Source: an uncultured Opitutia bacterium
GTDB lineage: Bacteria; Verrucomicrobiota; Verrucomicrobiia; Opitutales; UBA953
Length of the DNA: 32,000 nt
NCBI GenBank assembly: GCA_903840355.1
Contig: CAIMFJ010000006.1
Location: forward strand, 22,995-54,994
Direction of reading: 5' to 3'
The notes beneath the pieces were generated by a model, which saw only the letters and a list, made by a program, of their open reading frames with translations, made no database searches and was not told where the DNA came from. Within the stretch, counting starts at the first letter, position 1. Each line of letters begins with the position of its first letter. Positions 1-7,515 of the stretch are shown in pieces. Both the position numbers and the translations under genes were made by a program.

Positions 1-1
1 C

Positions 2-502
2 GGAACGTTGCTTGGCGAGCGTTTACGCGAGGTTTTAAAATCACCGCAAAGTAAACTAGAACCCACCACCGAAGCGTGCCTGTTTGCCGCTTGTCGAGCG
101 CAGTTGGTCGGCGAAGTGATTCGGCCCGCTTTAGCGCAGGGGAGTGTGGTGCTCTGCGATCGTTTCATTGATTCGACGGTCGCTTACCAAGCGGGTGGCC
201 GTGGCTTAGATCGAACTTTGATGGAAGCGCTTAATCGCTTGGCCTGTGGTTCGCTCCGTCCCGATTTAACGGTGCTCCTCGACCTTGATCCTGCTCAAGG
301 GTTGGGTCGAGCGTCCGTGCGTGACCAAGGTCAGCCTGATCGTTTTGAGGTTTTGCAGGATGGCTTTCATCAGCGCGTCCGCGATTTTTATCACAACTTA
401 GCTCGCGAGGAGCCGCAACGCTTCCTCGTCCTAAACGCCCACCAGCCACCTGAAAAAGTGGCTCAACAGATTTGGCATGAAGTCCAGCGTCGCTTCTCCT
501 AA
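2..502 (+). CDS. tmk: Thymidylate (dTMP) kinase, 5'-truncated by the window edge
   Basis: The frame is open from the window edge. The translation (GERLREVL...CDRFIDSTVAYQAGGRGLD...PDLTVLLDLDP...DRFE) matches the dTMP kinase core and LID region. The N-terminal P-loop is absent because the gene starts upstream of the window. The tmk-holB adjacency is classic. Confidence 0.85.
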   Translation, partial: GTLLGERLREVLKSPQSKLEPTTEACLFAACRAQLVGEVIRPALAQGSVVLCDRFIDSTVAYQAGGRGLDRTLMEALNRLACGSLRPDLTVLLDLDPAQGLGRASVRDQGQPDRFEVLQDGFHQRVRDFYHNLAREEPQRFLVLNAHQPPEKVAQQIWHEVQRRFS

Positions 503-1406
503 TTTAAGTGAGTTGCCAGCGGTGAAGGTGCTCATGAAGGCCCGGGCTCAAGGTCGGATGCCTCATGCGGTTTTACTGACGGGCGCTGATGGTGGATTGC
601 TGGAGCGTGCCGCGGTGTTTTTAGCCGGCGTGCAACTGGAGACGGGTGAGCCGTTGGCTCATGCGGATTGTCGCGTTTTGCGTCCTGGTAAGCGGTCGCG
701 TATTATCGATATCGAGAGCGTGCAGGAAGTCGTGGCAGCCTTGCGCCTGACGTCTACGACCGCACACCGAGCCGTGATTATTCACGAGGCGGATCGTTTT
801 AATGCCTCTTCGGCGAATGCCTTTCTTAAAAGTTTAGAAGAGCCTCCGCCTGGCACATTGATTGTTTTGCAGACCGTTAATTATTACAGCGTAATGCCGA
901 CGATTTTGAGTCGTTGCTTACGTTTTCACCTTGGCGGTGAAACGCCCCTAATCACGGATGAGGCTTGGAATAATTGGCTACGTGATTTCGATCGCTGGTT
1001 GGGTGTGTTGGCGGCACCGACAACGTTGCCGAAGCCCGTGGACATGATTCTGCCGATGTACGGCCTTTGTGCCCGCTTTGAAGGTTTGTTGGCATTGTTC
1101 GTTAAGGAAGCGTTGGAGCAAAATCCTCCGCCCATCCCAGATGACCCTGCTGATAAGGATGATGTCGAGGAAGCCCACGAAGCTTCGATTAGCCGCGGCG
1201 TTCGCCTACGTATGTTAATTTCGATCCAAGAGCGACTGCGTCTCCTTGGACGTCAACATCCTGACTGTGGTCAGGCCATCAGCCAATCCATCGAAGCGAT
1301 GGAACAGATGCGGGTGCGTTTGGAGTTGAATTACCAAATGATGTCGGCGCTCGAGAACTGTTTCTTAAGAATCTCCCGCCACTTTGCGCATCGTTCACGT
1401 GCTTAA
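477..1406 (+). CDS. holB: DNA polymerase III delta-prime subunit (clamp-loader AAA+ protein)
   Basis: HAVLLTG with no intact Walker A lysine is typical of delta-prime. Also present are IIHEADRFNASSANAFLKSLEEPP (sensor/box motifs) and TILSRC (SRC motif). Overlaps tmk by 26 nt. Confidence 0.8.
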   Translation: MKSSVASPNLSELPAVKVLMKARAQGRMPHAVLLTGADGGLLERAAVFLAGVQLETGEPLAHADCRVLRPGKRSRIIDIESVQEVVAALRLTSTTAHRAVIIHEADRFNASSANAFLKSLEEPPPGTLIVLQTVNYYSVMPTILSRCLRFHLGGETPLITDEAWNNWLRDFDRWLGVLAAPTTLPKPVDMILPMYGLCARFEGLLALFVKEALEQNPPPIPDDPADKDDVEEAHEASISRGVRLRMLISIQERLRLLGRQHPDCGQAISQSIEAMEQMRVRLELNYQMMSALENCFLRISRHFAHRSRA

Positions 1407-1410
1407 TTTT

Positions 1411-3456
1411 ATGAAAAATACCTTACGTCTCTGGTTGGCTTTTTTACTCACGATGGTCGTGCTTCCGGCTGAAGAAGCCGTGGTGCGCCGCCGTCCTGAA
1501 GTGGAGAGTGCCATCGCCAAAATGTCGCCGACGATTGTCCGTATCGAGGTGATTTCGGAAGAGGGTTCGGATGGTCGGATGTTGCGTCAACACGCCGTGG
1601 GTTCGGGTTCTATTATCGACCCGCAAGGGTATGTGATCACGAATTACCACGTGGCTGGTCGTGGGGCGACTTTCCTGTGCCGTTTGGCTGACCGTGAAGA
1701 GTTGCCTGCGACTTTGGTCGGTGCCGATGCCATGACGGACATTGCGGTGATTAAACTCGATTTATCACGTCGCCGTTCCCAAGCCCCCTTGCCAGTCGCT
1801 AGTTTTGCGGATTCTTCTGCAGCGCGCGTGGGTGATACGGTTTTATCGATGGGTTGCCCTGCTGGTTTAACCCAGTCGGTGACGTTGGGTATCATTGCGA
1901 ATGATGCGATGGTGATGACACGCTTTGTCGGGGGGATGAATTTGGATGGTGAATCAGTCGGTGAATTAGTCCGCTGGTTTGGTCACGATGCCGTCATCTT
2001 CGGGGGGAATTCCGGCGGTCCGCTAGTCGATGTCACGGGACGCATTGTGGGGGTCAACGAAATCGGCGTCGGGAGTTTAGGTGGAGCGATTCCGGCCAAC
2101 ACTGCCAAGGCTGTGGCTATGGAATTAATTCAAAAAGGTCATGTCGTGCGCGGCTGGCTGGGTATTGAAGTGCAACCGCTGCTACGCTCTTTAGCGATTC
2201 AAGGAAAACATGGCGTGCTAGTGCGCGGGGTGATTGAACGTTCGCCGGCGGCGGGTAGTGGTTTGCAACAAGGTGATATTTTACAAGCGGTGCAAGGCCA
2301 TGCGGTCGATGCGGATTGCGATGAACTCATGCCTGCTTATTATGGTTTGGTTGCGAGTCTGAAGCCTAGCGTGCCGGTTGAAGTGGTCTACACACGTGAT
2401 GGCGTAGAACATAAAGTTAATCTCACGCCCATTGAGCGTACGGCTAACTTGGCACGTGAAGTTGAATTAACCTCTTGGGGTTTGACGGTGCGCAATTTGA
2501 CGCGGATTACGGCCTTGCGTGCCAAGCGCCCGAATACGGATGGAGTCATCGTAGACTCGTTGCGGGCGGGTGGTCCTGCGGCTGAAGCGAAGCCAACTTT
2601 GATGGAGAATGATATTTTGCTCAGTCTCGGCGGGCGTCCCATCAAGGACGTCGACGCACTCCGCACGGTTTCGCGGGAACTTTTAAAAGATAAGACGGAA
2701 CCAGAGCCAGTTTTGGTAACGTTTGATCGCCAGGGGTTAGAGATGGTCGCGGTTGTTCGGATTGGGCCCGAAGTAGACCCTGCCATCGCTCCGCGGGCCG
2801 CGCGGGCTTGGGCAGGCTTGAGCACGCAGGTGCTGACGGCTGAAATCGCTAAGGCGATGGGCTTGAAGGGTAAGGCCGGGGTTCGGGTGACTCAGGTTTT
2901 AGCTGGGACCAATGCCGAGCAAGCGGGACTCAAAGTCGGCGATTTAATTTTAAAATTAGATGATAAAGTCATTCCCGCTCGTCGCCCCGAAGATGCCGAA
3001 GTCTTCAGCTCGCTTTTGCGAGAATACCCCGTGGGTTCGGAGGTGAAGTTGGATGTGCTCCGTGCCGGGCAACCCATGGCGATTAATCTTAAGTTAGTTG
3101 AACGCCCCGTGCCGCCTTCCGAACTCCCTACCGTGAAGGATATTCGATTTGGTTTTTCGGCTCGGCAGTTGAGTTACGATGATAAGACCCAGCGTAAAGA
3201 ATCGCTGGATACCGAGGGGGTCATTGTGACCAAGGTGGAGCGTTCGGGTTGGGCGGACTTAGCTGGCTTACACACGGGCGATATTGTCTTGTCGATTAAC
3301 CAGACTAAAGTCGTCGACAATGTGACGCTCAAGCAGACCTTGGATGCCTTATTTGCCTCTAAGCCACGTCACGTGGTGCTCCAAGTGCGCCGCGGTCTCA
3401 CCGGGGCCTATTTAGAGTTCGAGCCCGACTGGTCCGTTCTTGAAGCCGCTAAATAA
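1411..3456 (+). CDS. Periplasmic HtrA/DegP-family serine endoprotease with four PDZ domains
   Basis: The ATG at 1411 gives a signal-peptide-like N-terminus (MKNTLRLWLAFLLTMVVLPA); the ORF-track start at 1384 is a TTG inside holB. The catalytic triad contexts are VITNYHV (His), TDIAVIKL (Asp) and GGNSGGPLVD (Ser). Four PDZ-like repeats follow, each with a GV-V--V---(S/G)-A---GL--GD-IL motif. Confidence 0.85.
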   Translation: MKNTLRLWLAFLLTMVVLPAEEAVVRRRPEVESAIAKMSPTIVRIEVISEEGSDGRMLRQHAVGSGSIIDPQGYVITNYHVAGRGATFLCRLADREELPATLVGADAMTDIAVIKLDLSRRRSQAPLPVASFADSSAARVGDTVLSMGCPAGLTQSVTLGIIANDAMVMTRFVGGMNLDGESVGELVRWFGHDAVIFGGNSGGPLVDVTGRIVGVNEIGVGSLGGAIPANTAKAVAMELIQKGHVVRGWLGIEVQPLLRSLAIQGKHGVLVRGVIERSPAAGSGLQQGDILQAVQGHAVDADCDELMPAYYGLVASLKPSVPVEVVYTRDGVEHKVNLTPIERTANLAREVELTSWGLTVRNLTRITALRAKRPNTDGVIVDSLRAGGPAAEAKPTLMENDILLSLGGRPIKDVDALRTVSRELLKDKTEPEPVLVTFDRQGLEMVAVVRIGPEVDPAIAPRAARAWAGLSTQVLTAEIAKAMGLKGKAGVRVTQVLAGTNAEQAGLKVGDLILKLDDKVIPARRPEDAEVFSSLLREYPVGSEVKLDVLRAGQPMAINLKLVERPVPPSELPTVKDIRFGFSARQLSYDDKTQRKESLDTEGVIVTKVERSGWADLAGLHTGDIVLSINQTKVVDNVTLKQTLDALFASKPRHVVLQVRRGLTGAYLEFEPDWSVLEAAK

Positions 3457-3474
3457 AAGACTTATTTCCTTTCT

Positions 3475-4287
3475 ATGAAACTGCCCCTCTTTGTTCTTCT
3501 AACTCTTGGTACGGTCAGTGCACCGCTTTTGCACGCCGAGCAGAAGATTGAGGATACGGCTCGTGCTTTGTATAAATCCAATGCGGATTCCGTCATCACC
3601 ATCCGCGCAACCGTCGCCTTGACGATGTCGGCTGGCGATAACCCCTCGCAAAGCCGCGATCAATCGGTGGAGGAATTAGGTACGGTCGTAAATGCCCAAG
3701 GCTTAGTCATGGTTTCGGCCTCGTCCATTGATCCGGCTACGGGTGCCGACGGTCGCATGGTGAATGTGCGCGGGAATCAGGTTAAACTTTCGGTTACGAG
3801 CGAGGTGAAGGAAGCCCGTTTAATCATGCCCGATGGCACGGAAGTTCCCGCCACGGTGGTGTTTAAGGACCGCGATTTGAATTTAGCTTTCTTGGCCCCC
3901 GAAGCAGGAGCTGAAGAAGCCAAGGATGTTAAGTTTCACCCCATTAACCTCAGCGAGCCACAGAATTTAGGTGTCTTGGACGAGGTCGTTGTGCTCACGC
4001 GGATGGATCGTTCCCTGGGCCGCGTGTCATCGGTAGAATGCGATTACGTTCGTGCCCTCATCGAAAAACCCCGTCGCTTTCTTTCGATTCACCTACCCAC
4101 GGTCGGTTTGCCGGTTTTTGGTTTAACGGGCAAGTTTGCGGGTTTCACGACTACCCGTTTTGGCAGTGCCGGGGAGGGTGGCAGCATTTCGATGGCTCCT
4201 GTGGTTTTACCAGCCTCCGATGTCATCAAGGCGATTGAGCAAGCCACGGCCAAGCAAAAGGCTCCGCCTGCACCTGCTAAGAAATAA
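3475..4287 (+). CDS. Secreted trypsin-fold (HtrA-like) protein lacking the catalytic triad; putative pseudo-protease
   Basis: Has a signal peptide (MKLPLFVLLTLGTVSAPLLHA/EQ). Local ungapped similarity to the upstream HtrA protease domain: QGLVMVSASS vs QGYVITNYHV, EVPATVVFKDRDLNLAFL vs ELPATLVGADAMTDIAVI, PTVGLPVFGLTGKFAGF vs GNSGGPLVDVTGRIVGV. His, Asp and Ser are replaced by Ser, Asn and Val. No PDZ domain. Confidence 0.7.
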   Translation: MKLPLFVLLTLGTVSAPLLHAEQKIEDTARALYKSNADSVITIRATVALTMSAGDNPSQSRDQSVEELGTVVNAQGLVMVSASSIDPATGADGRMVNVRGNQVKLSVTSEVKEARLIMPDGTEVPATVVFKDRDLNLAFLAPEAGAEEAKDVKFHPINLSEPQNLGVLDEVVVLTRMDRSLGRVSSVECDYVRALIEKPRRFLSIHLPTVGLPVFGLTGKFAGFTTTRFGSAGEGGSISMAPVVLPASDVIKAIEQATAKQKAPPAPAKK

Positions 4288-4333
4288 CCCTTTTCGTGTA
4301 ACTTTTTCGGGTTTCATGGGGTTTTAATCTTAA

Positions 4334-4912
4334 ATGTCTGCGGACGAGTCATTAGCTCCTGACGTTGACGACGAGGAAGATAAGCGGCTGATGGCGCTTG
4401 TCGCCGAAGGCGACGATGATGCCCTGCGTTTACTGGTACATCGCCACCAAGGGCGCCTAGTGGGCTATTTGAAGGGGGAAGTCGGTTCCCAAGCCACCGC
4501 CGAGGAATTGGCTATGGAGGTCTTTATTCGCTTACACCGGGCGGCATCCCGGTGGCGTCCCGAGGCCAAGCTGAGCACCTATATCATTCATATAGCTCAT
4601 AATTTAGTTTTAAATGAATGGCGTCGGCGGAGCCGTAAGCCGACCTCGGCCCTCGATGCGACGCCGGAAATGGGGGATCAAAGTCATGAGGCCTCCCGCC
4701 GTTTGACGGAGTTAGACGAGGCCTTTCAACGTGCCATTGCCCAATTACCCCCTGAGCAAAAAACCGCCATTTTACTCCTCGTCCAGCAAGAGCTGCCCTA
4801 CGAGGAGATTGCAGTCATCATGAAAGCCCCTGTTTCCTCGGTAAAAACTTGGATTCACCGGGCCCGCGCCCGACTCAAAGATTTACTCAAAGATTTTTAT
4901 GGACCCGCTTGA
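4334..4912 (+). CDS. ECF-type RNA polymerase sigma-70 family factor
   Basis: About 190 aa. Region 2 is visible (ELAMEVFIRLHRAASRWRPEAKLSTYIIHIAHNLVLNEWRRR), as is the region 4 HTH (LPPEQKTAILLLVQQELPYEEIAVIMKAPVSSVKTWIHRARARLKD). A small membrane protein follows. Confidence 0.85.
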   Translation: MSADESLAPDVDDEEDKRLMALVAEGDDDALRLLVHRHQGRLVGYLKGEVGSQATAEELAMEVFIRLHRAASRWRPEAKLSTYIIHIAHNLVLNEWRRRSRKPTSALDATPEMGDQSHEASRRLTELDEAFQRAIAQLPPEQKTAILLLVQQELPYEEIAVIMKAPVSSVKTWIHRARARLKDLLKDFYGPA

Positions 4913-4961
4913 AAATTGCAACTTCCCCGCACCTTTGGGGTTTCAACCTATGAACTAAGCC

Positions 4962-5327
4962 ATGGAACCGCACTCCGAATCTACTTTCGAACGTGACCTC
5001 ACCACGGCTCTCCGTCGTCCCGTTTTGCCTCCCTCGGCGGAATTCACCACGCGCGTGATACGAGCGGTTCAAGCCGATCGCCGCCGCCGTACGGTGATTC
5101 GTTGGGGTTCGATTGTGACTTTAGCCGCCGCCTGCTTTGTGGGGGCACTCATGGTTTACGCCCCCGCCTCGAATGATACTTTGTTTTCGGAAACCCGCGA
5201 CCTAGTGGTTAAAGAAGAGGCCGCCCAAATGAATGACATCTTGGGGTTGGCCGATGACCTTTCCCTGCTCACCCCCGTGGTGAAGAAGCCCTCCATCGTC
5301 GACGTACTCACCACGCCTGGATCCTAA
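4962..5327 (+). CDS. Putative single-pass anti-sigma factor
   Basis: Lies directly downstream of the ECF sigma gene. Has a cytoplasmic N-terminus of about 45 aa, one TM helix (WGSIVTLAAACFVGALMVYAP) and a short exoplasmic tail. No HxxxCxxC zinc motif. The call rests on position and topology only. Confidence 0.5.
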   Translation: MEPHSESTFERDLTTALRRPVLPPSAEFTTRVIRAVQADRRRRTVIRWGSIVTLAAACFVGALMVYAPASNDTLFSETRDLVVKEEAAQMNDILGLADDLSLLTPVVKKPSIVDVLTTPGS

Positions 5328-5899
5328 TGCGTATGCGTCAAATTTTTGCCTACCTTTGTTTAGCTTCGATGGCCTTTGCGGCCGATACGACCCCTGCAAC
5401 GACCACGACGAAGCCGAGTGATAATGAGCCTTCGGCTGAGGAGTTGCAGACGATTCGGAAGATCTTGGAGTTGCCTCCAGAGCGCTTAGCCCGCGTCCGG
5501 GCCGCCTTAGAGCGTTTGGAACGTATGCCTCCAGAAGCTCGTAAAGAATATGCCGCTTCGCTGGAGAAATTAGAAAGTGCTTCGCCCGATGAACGCCGCA
5601 AGATGTTCAAAGACATCCGCGAAAAAGCGGGTTTCAATGGCCGCGTGCTGGAGCGTTATTTGAAGTCCTTGCCTCCGGAAAAAGCGAAAGAGGAAAACGC
5701 GCGCATTCGGGCCATGTCGCCTGAAAAGCGTACCGAGTTTTTACATTCCTTAGCCGAAAAATTTGGTCCCGAAATGGGCAAGGGGAAGAACGACGAGGGT
5801 TCCGGTAAGCGCCGTAAGTTTGATGATGCGAACAAGCAGCCGACGGAAACCACCGCACCTGCTACCCCCGCTCCCGCGACGCCGGTCCCTGGCGCTTAA
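5327..5899 (+). CDS. Secreted helical repeat protein (Spy/CpxP/DUF3106-like xPPE/SPE repeats), function unknown
   Basis: Its start overlaps the anti-sigma stop (TAATG). Has a signal peptide (CLASMAFA/AD). Five repeats of the type LPPER / MPPEAR / ASPDER / LPPEK / MSPEKR sit in Arg/Glu/Lys-rich helices, and the tail is rich in Pro, Thr and Ala. Confidence 0.55.
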   Translation: MRMRQIFAYLCLASMAFAADTTPATTTTKPSDNEPSAEELQTIRKILELPPERLARVRAALERLERMPPEARKEYAASLEKLESASPDERRKMFKDIREKAGFNGRVLERYLKSLPPEKAKEENARIRAMSPEKRTEFLHSLAEKFGPEMGKGKNDEGSGKRRKFDDANKQPTETTAPATPAPATPVPGA

Positions 5900-6777
5900 G
5901 ACTTAATTTCTAAGTCTTTAATGTCGTGCGTTAGGCCGTTTTTCCAACGGTCGTGCGCCCATAGCCAGTTAGCGCATGCTTCGTCATCAGAACGGATTTT
6001 TTGCTCCAGCCAGGCATTGGATTCTAACGTTAACCGTGCGGAGTCTTGGGCGGTGAGTTTCTGGATTCGCAATTCACATTTCCAAAAGCCCAAACGCTCC
6101 GTCCAAAAAACCCAACCCGTGGCATGAAAGCGTTGGGCGATGAGTCCGGGTAAATCCGTGACGGCACAGGGGCGACCAAGGAATTGAATGCGCACCCCAC
6201 TCGAGGTGTTTTGATCAAAGAGCACCACGGCATTTTGGCCTTTACGCATGGCTTGCATGAGTTGGCTAAAGCCCTCTTTGCGTGAGACGAGTTTGACGCC
6301 AAAACGTTCGCGCATGCGCTTGACCCACGCATCGAGGCTCGGCTGATTGAGCGGACGGTATAAGGTGTACCATTCGACATGGTCGATGCCCTGACCCACA
6401 AATGGGATCGCCGTCATCATCTCCATCAAGTTAAAGTGCGGTACGAAGAGGACATTGCCTTTACCTTGAGCCACGTTTTGGGCCATCGGGACTAAGGTTT
6501 GCGAGTCGACCGTCACGCGGCGTCGAATTTCAGCCTCCGACATCATAGTCGAGGCCAAAGAGTAGAGAGCCATTTCGGCCGTTCGCGAGCACGAGGTGCG
6601 TCCTACACGCCGCACCCAAGCGAGATCTTTTTCTGGAAAGCCGGCAGCTAAGTTGCGTCGAATGAGCTTACCGCGCATGCGCCAAAGTATCCATCCTAAG
6701 CCCCAAGCATTTAATCGCGCAAAAACTTCGGGAAGTTTGGCGAGGAGCCAGGCGTAGACGGATAGCAGAAAAATCAT
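5896..6777 (-). CDS. Lipid A biosynthesis lauroyl/myristoyl acyltransferase family protein (LpxL/HtrB-like)
   Basis: Has an N-terminal membrane anchor. Motifs include RRNLAAGFPEK, VPHFNLMEM (the HX4D/E-type acyltransferase motif position), LYRPLNQP, LMQAMRKGQNAVVLFDQN and a C-terminal NWLWAHDRWKN, all typical of the Lip_A_acyltrans family. Confidence 0.7.
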   Translation of the reverse strand: MIFLLSVYAWLLAKLPEVFARLNAWGLGWILWRMRGKLIRRNLAAGFPEKDLAWVRRVGRTSCSRTAEMALYSLASTMMSEAEIRRRVTVDSQTLVPMAQNVAQGKGNVLFVPHFNLMEMMTAIPFVGQGIDHVEWYTLYRPLNQPSLDAWVKRMRERFGVKLVSRKEGFSQLMQAMRKGQNAVVLFDQNTSSGVRIQFLGRPCAVTDLPGLIAQRFHATGWVFWTERLGFWKCELRIQKLTAQDSARLTLESNAWLEQKIRSDDEACANWLWAHDRWKNGLTHDIKDLEIKS

Positions 6778-6783
6778 TCCAGT

Positions 6784-7515
6784 TTAAAGCCGACCTTCTT
6801 GACGGAGGACTTCCGTGATGTCGGGGACGAGAATTTTGCGGCGGCCGAGTTCATCGCGGGCAAAATATTTATCGGGTTGGCGAACTAAATCAAACGGCTC
6901 GCTCGGCAGGTTGTCTTCGTCGAATTCCATTTCATCGACGGCATCAATCTCATCAAAGATATGCGTGCGACGGAGCGGAGCTCCCTCGACGGCTTGCATG
7001 ACGTTGGGCAATTGGCCGTTCTTGAGGAAATTCATGAACAGGCAGGGGTAGAAGTCGTCTTGATAAGGGCGGAGAAACTGGCTCGCCCACGCTCCAGGAA
7101 GTTCCCAGCGCTGCCGGAAGATAACCGTATCCGAAAAGTGGATGCAGGATTCATACCATTTTTCGACATCAGGGTGGCGTTGCGTTAAGGGGCAATCGAC
7201 CACGGTAATGATGCGTTGTAACTGCCATGGGGCTTCGAGGGAGCCTGGCTGGAGGGTGCGGTGCAAAGCCTCCATCTGTTCAATCATAGGGAGCCCGCCA
7301 TGCGTGATTAAAATGGCCGCCGTTTCATCACCCGGTGAGGGGATGAGGGCTTGTTGGTTTTGGAACTGCCACGTGTCCGTAGAACCATCGGAGTCGCGGG
7401 CTTCTTGAAAAATCCGGATGTGCTTGCCTTCGGGCCAAGCGTTTTCGGCCAGCACGCGAGCGGTCGCTCGGCGTCCCGCACCTTTAGGGCCTAAGATAAT
7501 AACTAAAGGGGTCAT
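6784..7515 (-). CDS. Hypothetical protein with degenerate G3E/COG0523(CobW)-like P-loop fold
   Basis: Its ATG overlaps the aroC stop (ATGA at 7512-7515). The N-terminal [12 protein letters not shown] resembles a Walker A motif with Lys-Thr replaced by Arg-Arg. [17 protein letters not shown] and FSDTVIFRQ resemble the COG0523 switch and NKxD regions, but the GCxCC and NKxD motifs are absent. The C-terminus is acidic. Confidence 0.55.
   Translation of the reverse strand: MTPLVIILGPKGAGRRATARVLAENAWPEGKHIRIFQEARDSDGSTDTWQFQNQQALIPSPGDETAAILITHGGLPMIEQMEALHRTLQPGSLEAPWQLQRIITVVDCPLTQRHPDVEKWYESCIHFSDTVIFRQRWELPGAWASQFLRPYQDDFYPCLFMNFLKNGQLPNVMQAVEGAPLRRTHIFDEIDAVDEMEFDEDNLPSEPFDLVRQPDKYFARDELGRRKILVPDITEVLRQEGRL

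Noticed and set aside
1384-1410. Upstream TTG start for htrA (ORF-track start 1384), and likewise the ORF-track starts 8648 (aroC), 9162 (lipoprotein), 18372 (LysM), 21311 (murC/B), 23629 (ddl), 27919 (sufS) and 30389 (DUF2851)
   Set aside because: In each case an internal ATG gives a canonical N-terminus: a signal peptide, a conserved family N-terminal motif, or an ATGA stop/start overlap with the preceding gene. The longer versions only add non-conserved residues that overlap the neighbouring gene.
2388-2825. 145-aa minus-strand ORF inside the HtrA PDZ region, plus other antisense ORFs at 1444-1895 and 2892-3077
   Set aside because: These are shadow ORFs opposite a strongly supported protease/PDZ frame, and they are Arg/Ser/Thr-rich with no motifs.
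4038-4327. Two + strand alternative-frame ORFs (66 and 63 aa) overlapping the 3' end of the pseudo-protease gene
   Set aside because: They lie out of frame within a longer ORF that shows homology-like blocks to HtrA. They have no start context and no motifs.
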